Assembly (NCBI GenBank): GCA_963753595.1 | Contig: CAVWCX010000028.1 | Span: 1-64,000, forward strand | Direction: 5' to 3' | DNA from: Candidatus Methanoperedenaceae archaeon | GTDB lineage: Archaea > Halobacteriota > Methanosarcinia > Methanosarcinales > Methanoperedenaceae | DNA: 64,000 nt | Shown here: piece by piece, positions 33,497-45,600 of the stretch | How positions within the stretch are numbered: the first letter of the stretch is position 1 | Layout of the letters: each line of letters begins with the position of its first letter | Translations under genes and position numbers: made by a program | Notes under the pieces: generated by a model | What the model was told of the DNA's origin: nothing | Database searches by the model: none | The model's input: the letters and a program-made list of their open reading frames with translations, nothing else

Positions 33497-34438
33497 ATGA
33501 TATCTGCTAAAAAGATGTTATTAAACATATCTAAAATATGTTTAAGCTTGATACTAATTATATATATTTTATCAAAAATAAATTTAGAAGAAACGTTTTT
33601 AACTCTTAAAAATGTGGACCTATATTTTTTCTTGATAGCAGCTTTAATACAAATTATAAACGTTCCCATCCGAGCTTATAATTGGAAGCAGTTATTGTAT
33701 GTTCAAGGAATACATATCACTTCAAAAACTTTAATTTCAATTACCCTTGTAGGAGCATTTTTTAATAATTTTCTTCCAACATCTATGGGAGGTGATGTTG
33801 TAAGAGCGTATGAAGTATCAAAAATAAGTAACCAAACAGTTAAATCAGCTAGTACTATCTTTCTTCTTAGATTAGTTGGTTTAATAGCTATAATTTTTTA
33901 TTCTGTAATCGGTGTTATTATTGGATACGACATAATAGTAATAAAAAATATGGCCTTAATGGTTTGTCTACTTGCATTTTTTACGTTACTTTCTTTTATA
34001 GTTATATATAATATTAAAAAATTTAAAAAATATGGAATCATTAAATTAATTAATCGGTTCGATACCAAAAACATCATAATTAAAATATATGATTCAATAA
34101 AGATTTATAAATATCATAAAAAAAAATGCATTAAAATTTTTTTTGTTTCTCTAATAGCAGAATGTATGATTATTATATATTTTTATTTTATTGCATTATC
34201 TTTACATCAAAATATCGATCTAGTATATTTTTTTATTTTCATCCCTATAATTTCTATAGTTGAAATGCTACCAATATCTATAAATGGAATTGGTGTTCGA
34301 GAAGGTGCATTTTTATATTTTTTTACAAAAGCAGGTATGTTGGGCTATATAGCAGTTTCAATGTCGCTGGTTTATTACATGCATAAAGTAGGAATTAGTC
34401 TAATTGGTGGTATGATATATGCATTAAGGAGAAACTAA
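33497..34438 (+). CDS. Lysylphosphatidylglycerol-synthase TM / flippase-like protein
   Basis: FFNNFLPTSMGGDVVRA, LPISINGIGVREG. Confidence 0.88.
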   Translation: MISAKKMLLNISKICLSLILIIYILSKINLEETFLTLKNVDLYFFLIAALIQIINVPIRAYNWKQLLYVQGIHITSKTLISITLVGAFFNNFLPTSMGGDVVRAYEVSKISNQTVKSASTIFLLRLVGLIAIIFYSVIGVIIGYDIIVIKNMALMVCLLAFFTLLSFIVIYNIKKFKKYGIIKLINRFDTKNIIIKIYDSIKIYKYHKKKCIKIFFVSLIAECMIIIYFYFIALSLHQNIDLVYFFIFIPIISIVEMLPISINGIGVREGAFLYFFTKAGMLGYIAVSMSLVYYMHKVGISLIGGMIYALRRN

Positions 34439-34439
34439 A

Positions 34440-35780
34440 ATGCAGGTTGATAAACTAAAATATATTGTAGATAATGATTTATGTACCAGATGTGGAACGT
34501 GCGCAGGAGTTTGTCCCGTTAACGCCATAACATTAGATGGAACCAATTATCCTATAGTCAATTCTTTATGTATAGGGTGTGGAAAATGTCTAAAAGTCTG
34601 TCCAGGAATCGATGTTGATTTTCCAGGACTGACCAGGCAATTATTTGAGAAAAAATTTAATATAAATGATATTCTTGGATTTTTTACACATTTCTATGCA
34701 GGCTATGCATTAGATTTAAATGTGAGAGCTAATGCAAGTAGTGGCGGAGTTATTACGCAATTATTAATTTATTTATTAGATAAAAAAATTATTGATGGTG
34801 CAATTGTTACAATGATGAATCCTAAAGCACCATGTGAATCCATGGCTGTCATTGCAAAAACAAAGGATGAATTAATTCAGTCTATGCAGTCAAGATATAC
34901 TATAGTACCTGTAAACCGACAATTGAGTAATATAAAGCAAATGAAGGGAAAATTTGCATTAGTAGGTTTGCCATGTCATATACATGGATTTTGGAAGTTA
35001 GCCAATATTGATCCGAATATTAAAGAAAAAATTTTTCTGACATTAGGATTATTTTGCCATATTAACTTAGAACTTCAGGGGACATTGGAACTTCAAAGAA
35101 ATTCAGGGATCTCTAATAATAATATACAAAACTTTGAATATAGGAGTGGAGTTTGGCCCGGAGTGTTTAGGATTACACAAAAAGATGGAACTAAACAAAA
35201 TTTACATGCCTCTAATTATAAAGATGGTGCATACAACTATTTAAGTCGATTGTATTATTCAAAACGATGTTTATATTGCATTGATGGTTCCAGCGAGATG
35301 GCAGATATTTCTTTTGCAGATCCATGGATCCAGGATGCCAAAGGTGAATGGATCTATAAAGGAGGGTGGACTCTGGTGTTTCAAAGAACGGAAAAAGGTG
35401 GGCATATCCTATTTGACGCAAATAAAGATAAAGCGATTTTTATCGAGGAACTTTATGACTATACTATGTTAAAATTATTTTATAAAAATATAGGTAATAA
35501 AAGAAAAATGGCATTAGTAAGGTTGTCCAGGTTAAAAAGCAGGAATAAACCTGTACCAGAATATCGCTTGGGTAAACCCATGATTACTATAAAAGATAGA
35601 CGAAAAGAATTTATGTACTCGATGACTTTATTAATTAGCAGGTATACAATATTGAAGCATATACTTATGAAAATACTTTTCTCAAGAATTGGTATTTTAT
35701 TAACTGAAGTAAGAATTGCTATAAAATATAATACACATAATAAGAATAATGACCATAATAAATTTAAAGAGGAGATTTAA
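34440..35780 (+). CDS. Coenzyme F420 hydrogenase beta (FrhB)-family protein with ferredoxin domain
   Basis: Two CxxCxxCxxxCP clusters, SSGG, VGLPCH, GLFC, ADISFADPW. Confidence 0.88.
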   Translation: MQVDKLKYIVDNDLCTRCGTCAGVCPVNAITLDGTNYPIVNSLCIGCGKCLKVCPGIDVDFPGLTRQLFEKKFNINDILGFFTHFYAGYALDLNVRANASSGGVITQLLIYLLDKKIIDGAIVTMMNPKAPCESMAVIAKTKDELIQSMQSRYTIVPVNRQLSNIKQMKGKFALVGLPCHIHGFWKLANIDPNIKEKIFLTLGLFCHINLELQGTLELQRNSGISNNNIQNFEYRSGVWPGVFRITQKDGTKQNLHASNYKDGAYNYLSRLYYSKRCLYCIDGSSEMADISFADPWIQDAKGEWIYKGGWTLVFQRTEKGGHILFDANKDKAIFIEELYDYTMLKLFYKNIGNKRKMALVRLSRLKSRNKPVPEYRLGKPMITIKDRRKEFMYSMTLLISRYTILKHILMKILFSRIGILLTEVRIAIKYNTHNKNNDHNKFKEEI

Positions 35781-36962
35781 ATGAGTTCAAAGAAGAGTAT
35801 CACTGTAATAGGAAATTTTTCAGGCAGAAACGCAGGAGATGCCGCAATATTATCTGGAATGTTATCAGATATATCCAAATTATATCCGGACATAGTATTT
35901 GAAGTACCAACGATAAATCCTAAATATATCCGGGAAAATTATACAAATTTTAAAATAAAACCAATCGGATTAATGCCATGGAATTTTAGCATTAAAATGC
36001 TTGGAATTCCCACCTTATTATCAATGTACCGAACAGATCTTACAATCATAACTGATGCTATTCTCTTTGATAGAAAACTTTATAATCCGATTTTTAACTA
36101 TTTATCAACGCTTGCATTATTAATCCCATTTGCAAAAAAAAAGGGAAAAAAAGTAATTCTATATAATGTAAGCTTGGGGCCCGTGGATACAGATAAAGGG
36201 AAGAAAATGTTAATATCAATTTTGAATCATTCAGATCATATTATTCTCAGAGATGTAGATTCTTTAAATCTTTTGAAGAGCTTAGATGTAATCCATCCCC
36301 ATGTTCATTTATCAGCAGATTCTGCTCTTAATAATATACCTGTATCAAAAGAAAGAGCAAGAGAAATTATCAAAAATGAAGGCATTTCAACCGATAAAGG
36401 GTTAATTGGCTTCAATATCAATAGTTATATTGATGTATTTATAGCCGGGGACAAAAATAGTTTATCAAGAGAAAAATTTACTGACATAATTGCGCAAGTT
36501 TATGATCGCTTATATTTTGAATTGGGAGTTGAAATAGTATTTGTTATTACACAACACATGGATTTAAAAATAGCAAAAGAAGCAATAGCAAAAATAAAAA
36601 GCAATAAAGATGTCAAACTGATTTCTAATAAAAAATATACTCATTATGAAATAATGGGTTTCTTAGGTGAACTTGATCTTTTAATTGGAATGAGAACTCA
36701 TTCATTAATTCTTAGCTCTGCTATGTGTGTTCCTGTGGTTGGGATAATTCCATATCCGAAAAGCAGAAGTTATATGAGGGAAATAGGACAGGAGGATAAA
36801 ACAATAGAGTTTACAGATTTTAATGCTGATAAATTAGTATCTCTGGTAAAATCTACCTGGAATCAAAGGAAACAAATTAAAGAGCAACTTCAACCAAAGA
36901 TTACAAAATTAAAGGAAACTGCAAGTGGAAGTGCAAACTTTCTTGCAAAATATTTTGAGTAG
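35781..36962 (+). CDS. Polysaccharide pyruvyl transferase family protein
   Basis: NAGDAAI, VSLGP, LRD, ADSA, IGMRTHSLI. Confidence 0.88.
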   Translation: MSSKKSITVIGNFSGRNAGDAAILSGMLSDISKLYPDIVFEVPTINPKYIRENYTNFKIKPIGLMPWNFSIKMLGIPTLLSMYRTDLTIITDAILFDRKLYNPIFNYLSTLALLIPFAKKKGKKVILYNVSLGPVDTDKGKKMLISILNHSDHIILRDVDSLNLLKSLDVIHPHVHLSADSALNNIPVSKERAREIIKNEGISTDKGLIGFNINSYIDVFIAGDKNSLSREKFTDIIAQVYDRLYFELGVEIVFVITQHMDLKIAKEAIAKIKSNKDVKLISNKKYTHYEIMGFLGELDLLIGMRTHSLILSSAMCVPVVGIIPYPKSRSYMREIGQEDKTIEFTDFNADKLVSLVKSTWNQRKQIKEQLQPKITKLKETASGSANFLAKYFE

Positions 36963-37026
36963 GTATAAATATAATTGGAAGAATGAGTCAATATAAGCGC
37001 CTTAATTTGCCGAAAAAGGTGATTTA

Positions 37027-37977
37027 ATGAAATACAAAATGAAAATAATATTATTATTAATTTTATTTGTATCAGGTACATTTATTTTTACTGAAATGTA
37101 TAATTTTAATAAAATAATTGGTTTTTATCTTTCCAATTCCAACGTGAAGTTCTATTATGATAATTATGGCGAAAAAATTTCTTTTCAAAGCGATGGATTA
37201 ACTATTGTTGGAACTCTTTATGGGGAAAGAAGTGATGAAGATAAAACCATTCGTCCTGGAGTCGTTCTGGTTCATGGCGAAACACCAATGGGAAGAAAGC
37301 TACCTGTTTATAGAATACTTTCCAAAGAGTTAGTTGAAAGAGGTTACGTAGTTTTAACATTTGATAGGAGGGGTATAGGAGAGTCTGATAATCCTGAACA
37401 GGTCAACATGGTTGAATCATGGGATGAAAGTAATGATGTTATCCAGGCTGTTTCTTATCTATATAATTTAAAAAATATTGATAAATCAAAAATTTATGTA
37501 ATAGGTCATTCGGGGGGATCAGTTCCTGTTATGCAGGCATCTCTTGATGACAATAGAATTAAAAAAAGTGTAATTATTGGTCCGCCAAGAAGGATAGAAG
37601 AACGTATACTCAATGAAAACGCAAATACAAACGATTTAGAGACTCTTTGGAAAAGAAGATCAGAAGATAGGGAATTAAAAGAACCTATAAATTTAGTAAC
37701 ATTTCTTTCAATTGTTTCAGAATTAAAAAAGTTATATGATGAGTATAAAATTCGTGATCATATACCTATATTTTTAATTGATGGAGAGGTAGAAAGTTAT
37801 GAAGATAAATTATATTTAAGTAATTATTTTATTGAACTGAAAGAACCAAAAAAATATTACACAATCAACAATTCAGATCATTACTTAAATACCACCAGTA
37901 TAGGAAATTTTATGATGTACAATGGCAAAGTAAATAATGATACCATAAACTCTTTAGACAATTGGTTTAATTCTTGA
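37027..37977 (+). CDS. Membrane-anchored alpha/beta hydrolase
   Basis: VVLVHG, FDRRGIGES, GHSGG nucleophile elbow, SDHY. Confidence 0.85.
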   Translation: MKYKMKIILLLILFVSGTFIFTEMYNFNKIIGFYLSNSNVKFYYDNYGEKISFQSDGLTIVGTLYGERSDEDKTIRPGVVLVHGETPMGRKLPVYRILSKELVERGYVVLTFDRRGIGESDNPEQVNMVESWDESNDVIQAVSYLYNLKNIDKSKIYVIGHSGGSVPVMQASLDDNRIKKSVIIGPPRRIEERILNENANTNDLETLWKRRSEDRELKEPINLVTFLSIVSELKKLYDEYKIRDHIPIFLIDGEVESYEDKLYLSNYFIELKEPKKYYTINNSDHYLNTTSIGNFMMYNGKVNNDTINSLDNWFNS

Positions 37978-37983
37978 GATAGA

Positions 37984-39537
37984 ATGCCTCGATTCGGAAA
38001 AGCTTTATTATGGATATTGGCACTGACATTAAGTAGCAGTTTAATTTATCTATTCATATACGATGGGATTGTAGGAAAATGGGATTTATATGAAATTGAA
38101 TTGACAACAACAAATAAATATCCAAATCCTTACCTGGATGTCTGGCTCAATACAACTTTTGAAGGCCCAAATGCTACATCAATAACTATAGATGGTTTCT
38201 GGGATGGAGGAAACATCTGGAAAGTAAGAATGAGTCCAAATGAAGTGGGTCTTTGGAATTATACAACCTATTCAAATGATGAACAACTTAATAACAAAAT
38301 TGGAAGTTTCAATGCAATCCCCTCAAATAATAAGGGTTATATTATCCGTGATCCCATAAACCGTTTTGCCTTTAAAAGAAGCAATGGTGGGAATGTGTTA
38401 CTGATGGGCGATACTAATTGGAATGCAATGTCGGATGTAAATGGTTCACTAAACTATCTGACATATAAACAATATGTAGACAACCGTTCCAATCAAAAGT
38501 TTAATTTTATTAGAAGTTATATGGTTCCTTTTTATTCTGCAGCAAATGATAGTTCACATTATAACGAAGGTGGAAGAGCATTCGAACCATGGGATCCTGA
38601 TAATCTTAATCCAAAATATTTCCAGGAAGTTGATAAACGGATAAATTATGCGAATTCTAAAGGCATTGCCGTATTCTTGACAATTGGGGGTGATGAAAAA
38701 ATAATGACAGATTTTTTTGAAACGAATAATGTAAAGATGGAACGATATATCCAATATATAGCTGCTCGCTTTAGTGCATATAATATAGCATGGGAAGGTA
38801 GAGCTGAATTTGAAGAACAGGGAAGTATAACCTCTGCTGTCAATCAAGCCAATATGATAGGCAACTCTCTGGAAAAATATGATCCATATGGTCATATCCA
38901 GTCTATGCATACAATCGATTCAAACAATGAACTTGGAAATGAACCGTGGCTGGATTGGATCATGCACCAATCGAGGGATTGGTCAATGATTAGAAAAGAT
39001 AGAAAGTACAATAAACCAATACTAAACGAAGAGTTTTATTATGAAAATAGTAGTGCTGGAGCGACATATAATCACCATGTAAACGCTGAAATACTGAGAA
39101 AAGGCGCATGGAACGTAATGATGAATGGTGCCAGCGGACTTGCCTATGGAAATACAGGAACTTATAATTCACGTTCCCAGCCATTTAAAGGAATCGAATA
39201 TTCCCGATCGCCAGGGGCTAATTACATGACTTACCTATATAATTTTTGGAGTAATACACATTACTGGGAACTTAACCCAAATGATATTATTGTGAAGAAA
39301 GGAATTGCTTCTGCTGTTGTATATCCTGGAAATGAATATATTTTTTATCTTCCAAATGGCGGTTCCATAGTCTTGGATCTATCCACGTTCAATGGAACAT
39401 TAAATATGGAATGGTTTGATCCTCGTACGGGCAATATTGAGGGCAAATCAATGGTTCAAGGAGGTATTAGAAATTTTACATCTCCTGATTTAAATGACTG
39501 GGTGCTTCATTTAACTTCAACACAACCAGCTAATTAA
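37984..39537 (+). CDS. Secreted DUF5060/DUF4038 glycoside-hydrolase-like protein with collagen-binding-like C-domain
   Basis: GFWDGG..WKVR, MGDTNW, KPILNEEFYYE, EWFDPRTG, DWVL. Confidence 0.82.
   Translation: MPRFGKALLWILALTLSSSLIYLFIYDGIVGKWDLYEIELTTTNKYPNPYLDVWLNTTFEGPNATSITIDGFWDGGNIWKVRMSPNEVGLWNYTTYSNDEQLNNKIGSFNAIPSNNKGYIIRDPINRFAFKRSNGGNVLLMGDTNWNAMSDVNGSLNYLTYKQYVDNRSNQKFNFIRSYMVPFYSAANDSSHYNEGGRAFEPWDPDNLNPKYFQEVDKRINYANSKGIAVFLTIGGDEKIMTDFFETNNVKMERYIQYIAARFSAYNIAWEGRAEFEEQGSITSAVNQANMIGNSLEKYDPYGHIQSMHTIDSNNELGNEPWLDWIMHQSRDWSMIRKDRKYNKPILNEEFYYENSSAGATYNHHVNAEILRKGAWNVMMNGASGLAYGNTGTYNSRSQPFKGIEYSRSPGANYMTYLYNFWSNTHYWELNPNDIIVKKGIASAVVYPGNEYIFYLPNGGSIVLDLSTFNGTLNMEWFDPRTGNIEGKSMVQGGIRNFTSPDLNDWVLHLTSTQPAN
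38341..38663 (+). repeat. 323-bp near-identical inverted repeat, copy 1 (partner 49175..49497)
   Basis: Direct comparison shows about 3 mismatches. Confidence 0.9.
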
Positions 39538-39606
39538 TATTCATTGCCGTTTATAGTGAATCTATTGATGTGACTTTTTTCGGCTAATTCTTTAGTGAAA
39601 TATTGA

Positions 39607-42600
39607 TTAGCTATAAAATCTAATAGAATTAAGCTTTGGTGTTGCGATTTGGTTACCATTGAGAATTATTTTTACATCAGTCTTCTGGTATTTTTCGGTT
39701 AATGCAATTAAGCTGTTCCCGGTAAGCATATCACCGACCTGCATGAATTCACCTGTTGCATTCTGGCGATACAAAACACTATAATTAGTATTAATGGGAG
39801 TTATGGTATTCACACCAATAGAATGTATTTTATTTCCTGCACCAGCATCATACCATGCAATAAGGTCTCCATTCGTGTATTTTATTTTATTATACACTTT
39901 ATTCTGGTCATCAGCTGAAAGAACCCTGTTAAATACCATTGCCTCATAAAGAGAACCACGATAAGGTCTTGTAAGATCCAATCGATTCCCCAGAACAAAA
40001 GTACTCCCGGAATCATTTGCAATTGAATCACCATCTCCAGTCAGGGAATATTGTGTCTGGGCATTATCTACATACATAGAGATACTTGCACCGGTTATAC
40101 CACCACTCCATGTACTTATTACATTTTGTCTCACTCCTTGATTCAATGCATTTATTTTACTATACCTGCGTGTATTGGATGTTGAACCTCTATTATTGTA
40201 ATTTAGATTCCAACTATTTTGAATGTATAGTACTTTGAACCAATTTGAACCTGTTCCTTCAAGACCCATAATATATCTTGGTGTCGCGTCGGAAGTTATT
40301 GGTTTTAGGTCAGCAACATAAGTGAGAGAGTTCATATTTGTAAGTTTGTTTCCACCACAATTTACATAATCACTATAACTATCAAAGTCAATTCCACCCG
40401 ATAACCAACTGGTACCATGGAGTGTACAATCATTTCCTGAAGTTACATTTTCATCAGGAATTATTGTACCTGTTCCGCCATCCATTCGCCATCGTGAGAT
40501 ATAATCATTTACTACTAATTGAAGTTCAACATTTCCTGTAGATTTGACAAATGTAGTATTATTTAATGAAATATCACTGCCCCATGCCCCACTTCCAATA
40601 GTATAATTATTTGATGGTCCTATCAATGGTGGGATAACATTGTTATTCGTGGAAAAGTTGTATATAGATGAATTTATCAATAGCGAGGTATTCGTTGAAT
40701 TCCAGGCATAAACGCTATAATAATATTTTGTTGCGTTGTTCAGACCGGTAATATTCACGCTTCTGTTTGTTCCTGAACTCTGGTTCAAGGTACTCGATGA
40801 ACCCGATAGATCAGAATTAATGCTATACTTGATATTCGTTAGTGCATTACTCTGGTTCACTGTGAAATTCACAATACCCCAGGTATCACCAATAGAAACG
40901 TTCTGTATATTTGTTAGTGAGGGGGGGAAGTTAGTAGTTAATAGAGGGGGCAGGGTAACATTACTATTCGTGGAAAAGTTATATATAGATGAATTTATCA
41001 ATAGCGAGGTATTCGTTGAATTCCAGGCATAAACGCTATAATAATATTTTGTTGCGTTGTTCAGACCGGTAATATTCACGCTTCTGTTTGTTCCTGAACT
41101 CTGGTTCAAGGTACTCGATGAACCCGATAGATCAGAATTAATGCTATACTTGATATTCGTTAGTGCATTACTCTGGTTCACTGTGAAATTCACAATACCC
41201 CAGGTATCACCAATAGAAACGTTCTGTATATTTGCTAGTGAGGGGGGGAAGTTAGTAGTTAATAGAGGGGGCAGGGTAACATTACTATTCGTGGAAAAGT
41301 TGTATATAGATGAATTTATCAATAGCGAGGTATTCGTTGAATTCCAGGCATAAACGCTATAATAATATTTTGTTGCGTTGTTCAGACCGGTAATATTCAC
41401 GCTTCTGTTTGTTCCTGAACTCTGGTTCAAGGTACTCGATGAACCCGATAGATCAGAATTAATGCTATACTTGATATTCGTTAGTGCATTACTCTGGTTC
41501 ACTGTGAAATTCACAATACCCCAGGTATCACCAATAGAAACGTTCTGTATATTTGTTAGTGAGGGGGGGAAGTTAGTAGTTAATAGAGGGGGCAGGGTAA
41601 CATTACTATTCGTGGAAAAGTTATATATAGATGAATTTATCAATAGCGAGGTATTCGTTGAATTCCAGGCATAAACGCTATAATAATATTTTGTTGCGTT
41701 GTTCAGACCGGTAATATTCACGCTTCTGTTTGTTCCTGAACTCTGGTTCAAGGTACTCGATGAACCCGATAGATCAGAATTAATGCTATACTTGATATTC
41801 GTTAGTGCATTACTCTGGTTCACTGTGAAATTCACAATACCCCAGGTATCACCAATAGAAACGTTCTGTATATTTGTTAGTGAGGGGATGCTGGCTTCTG
41901 AGCCGTTTCCACTCGCCCCTTGTGTGTAGAAAGTAATGCTGATAAGCTCTGGTGTTGCGATTTGGTTACCATTGAGAATTATTTTTACATCAGTCTTCTG
42001 GTATTTTTCTGTTAATGCAATTAAGCTGTTCCCGGTAAGCATATCACCGACCTGCTTGAATTCACCTGTTGCATTTTGGCGATACAAAACACTATAATTA
42101 GTATTAATGGGAGTTATGGTATTCACACCAATAGAATGTATTTTATTTCCTGCACCAGCATCATACCATGCAATAAGGTCTCCATTCGTGTATTTTATTT
42201 TATTATACACTTTATTCTGGTCATCAGCTGAAAGAACCCTGTTAAATACCATTGCCTCATAAAGAGAACCACGATAAGGTCTTGTAAGATCCAATCGATT
42301 CCCCAGAACAAAAGTACTCCCGGAATCATTTGCAATTGAATCACCATCTCCAGTCAGGGAATATTGTGTCTGGGCATTATCTACATACATAAAGATACTT
42401 GTACCGGTTATACCACCACTCCATGTACTTATTACATTTTGTCTCACTCCTTGATTCAATGCATTTATTTTACTATACCTGCGTGTATTGGATGTTGAAC
42501 CTCTATTATTGTAATTTAGATTCCAACTATTTTGAATGTATAGTACTTTGAACCAATTTGAACCTGTTCCTTCAAGACCCATAATATATCTTGGTGTCGC

Positions 42601-45600
42601 GTCGGAAGTTATTGGTTTTAGGTCAGCAACATAAGTGAGAGAGTTCATATTTGTAAGTTTGTTTCCACCACAATTTACATAATCACTATAACTATCAAAG
42701 TCAATTCCACCCGATAACCAACTGGTACCATGGAGTGTACAATCATTTCCTGAAGTTACATTTTCATCAGGAATTATTGTACCTGTTCCGCCATCCATTC
42801 GCCATCGTGAGATATAATCATTTACTACTAATTGAAGTTCAACATTTCCTGTAGATTTGACAAATGTAGTATTATTTAATGAAATATCACTGCCCCATGC
42901 CCCACTTCCAATAGTATAATTATTTGATGGTCCTATCAATGGTGGGATAACATTGTTATTCGTGGAAAAGTTGTATATAGATGAATTTATCAATAGCGAG
43001 GTATTCGTTGAATTCCAGGCATAAACGCTATAATAATATTTTGTTGCGTTGTTCAGACCGGTAATATTCACGCTTCTGTTTGTTCCTGAACTCTGGTTCA
43101 AGGTACTCGATGAACCCGATAGATCAGAATTAATGCTATACTTGATATTCGTTAGTGCATTACTCTGGTTCACTGTGAAATTCACAATACCCCAGGTATC
43201 ACCAATAGAAACGTTCTGTATATTTGTTAGTGAGGGGATGCTGGCTTCTGAGCCGTTTCCACTCGCCCCTTGTGTGTAGAAAGTAATGCTGATAAGCTCT
43301 GGTGTTGCGATTTGGTTACCATTGAGAATTATTTTTACATCAGTCTTCTGGTATTTTTCTGTTAATGCAATTAAGCTGTTCCCGGTAAGCATATCACCGA
43401 CCTGCTTGAATTCACCTGTTGCATTTTGGCGATACAAAACACTATAATTAGTATTAATGGGAGTTATGGTATTCACACCAATAGAATGTATTTTATTTCC
43501 TGCACCAGCATCATACCATGCAATAAGGTCTCCATTCGTGTATTTTATTTTATTATACACTTTATTCTGGTCATCAGCTGAAAGAACCCTGTTAAATACC
43601 ATTGCCTCATAAAGAGAACCACGATAAGGTCTTGTAAGATCCAATCGATTCCCCAGAACAAAAGTACTCCCGGAATCATTTGCAATTGAATCACCATCTC
43701 CAGTCAGGGAATATTGTGTCTGGGCATTATCTACATACATAGAGATACTTGTACCGGTTATACCACCACTCCATGTACTTATTACATTTTGTCTCACTCC
43801 TTGATTCAATGCATTTATTTTACTATACCTGCGTGTATTGGATGTTGAACCTCTATTATTGTAATTTAGATTCCAACTATTTTGAATGTATAGTACTTTG
43901 AACCAATTTGAACCTGTTCCTTCAAGACCCATAATATATCTTGGTGTCGCGTCGGAAGTTATTGGTTTTAGGTCAGCAACATAAGTGAGAGAGTTCATAT
44001 TTGTAAGTTTGTTTCCACCACAATTTACATAATCACTATAACTATCAAAGTCAATTCCACCCGATAACCAACTGGTACCATGGAGTGTACAATCATTTCC
44101 TGAAGTTACATTTTCATCAGGAATTATTGTACCTGTTCCGCCATCCATTCGCCATCGTGAGATATAATCATTTACTACTAATTGAAGTTCAACATTTCCT
44201 GTAGATTTGACAAATGTAGTATTATTTAATGAAATATCACTGCCCCATGCCCCACTTCCAATAGTATGTGCGTTAGGATCGTTCATATTAGTGCATTGTA
44301 CATAATAAGTGCCAGGCGACATGTCAGTTGTAAAATTAACACTTTCATTTACAGCTACCTTTGATTCAACTAGTATTCCGTTTGTTTGATATAAATCACA
44401 AGTTGGATTCAAAGATAGATTGCTTATATTAAACCAATTTATAGTGCCACTGTAAATAGTCAAATTTGCTATTTCTCCTGAAGAGGGGATATTATAACTA
44501 ACATTTGCAACATCTATTGTTGAGGCCATTCTCCATGAAGTATTAATTGCATTTCTAAGATTTTTGCTATAGATAATTGTCCCATCTGACTGAATTAAAT
44601 TATATAAACCTGGTTTTCCATAGACGAATCTGAATGAATCCTTTATAGCTTGGGCGATTCTTTCATGACCTGCTGAATTGAAATGTATCCCATCCGATGA
44701 GTAAGACGGATTGGCGCTCCAGCAATTTCCAGAGGGACCAGAGGGCGAACTAACGCCAACATAGCATCTTGCATCCACCACAATTGATGGAGAATAATTT
44801 TGTGCCTTTTTTATTAATTCTTCATTTATATAACTAATATTACTTCTCGCAGCATCCGAACATCTAATACCACATGGTAATATTAACATAATAACAGGAG
44901 TTATATTATTATTATGCGCTTTTTGTAACATGGACTCCCAATTATTAAGGATTGTAGTTTTCAGGACGCCAGTAACGTTATCAATATCATTTACACCACC
45001 TTCCATTAAAACGAATTCTGGGGATAAGTCAACGACATCAGAAATGAATCTTTTATTAATAAGGTTGGTACCTTGCCCGCCATACCCCATATTTTGATAG
45101 CTTTTATTAACTTTTCTTCCCCAGTGATTTTCAATTGATGTAGATATATTAGTAATATCATTACTAATAATTGTATCCATTATGAAAGAGCGATGTAAAG
45201 GAGTTCCTGAGATGATCGAATCACCTATGAATACCATGTATGGATTCTCCATATAAGATTCAATCACAAAAATATGGTTGTCAGAAGCCTGGTTTGTCCA
45301 GTTATAGTTAATATATGAAGTTGCCCCTCCTATAAAATATGTATTATGATTAGTATCGCTTCCAACATAGAGTGGATCTTGCGCTGAAGAATTGATATAA
45401 TAACCATAAAAATCACCTTCCTGTACACCATGTATGGGATGTGATAAATTTATAATATTTTTACCATTTGAAATATTATTAATTAGATCTTCCGTTATAG
45501 CAAATCTATCAAAATTGGTTCTATTTTGCCTCCATATAGTAAAATAAAAATGCCTTAATTTTGAAACATTCGCAACAGAAAATCGTATTTGATAGATCGT

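Noticed and set aside
34440-35780. FrhB-like gene as an energy-metabolism hydrogenase
   Set aside because: No frhA or frhG; FrhB-like genes next to pyruvyltransferases are a known feature of polysaccharide loci.
40736-43279. Five repeated plus-strand ORFs (MFRPVIF...)
   Set aside because: Antisense shadows of the FN3 repeats of the 2064-aa gene.
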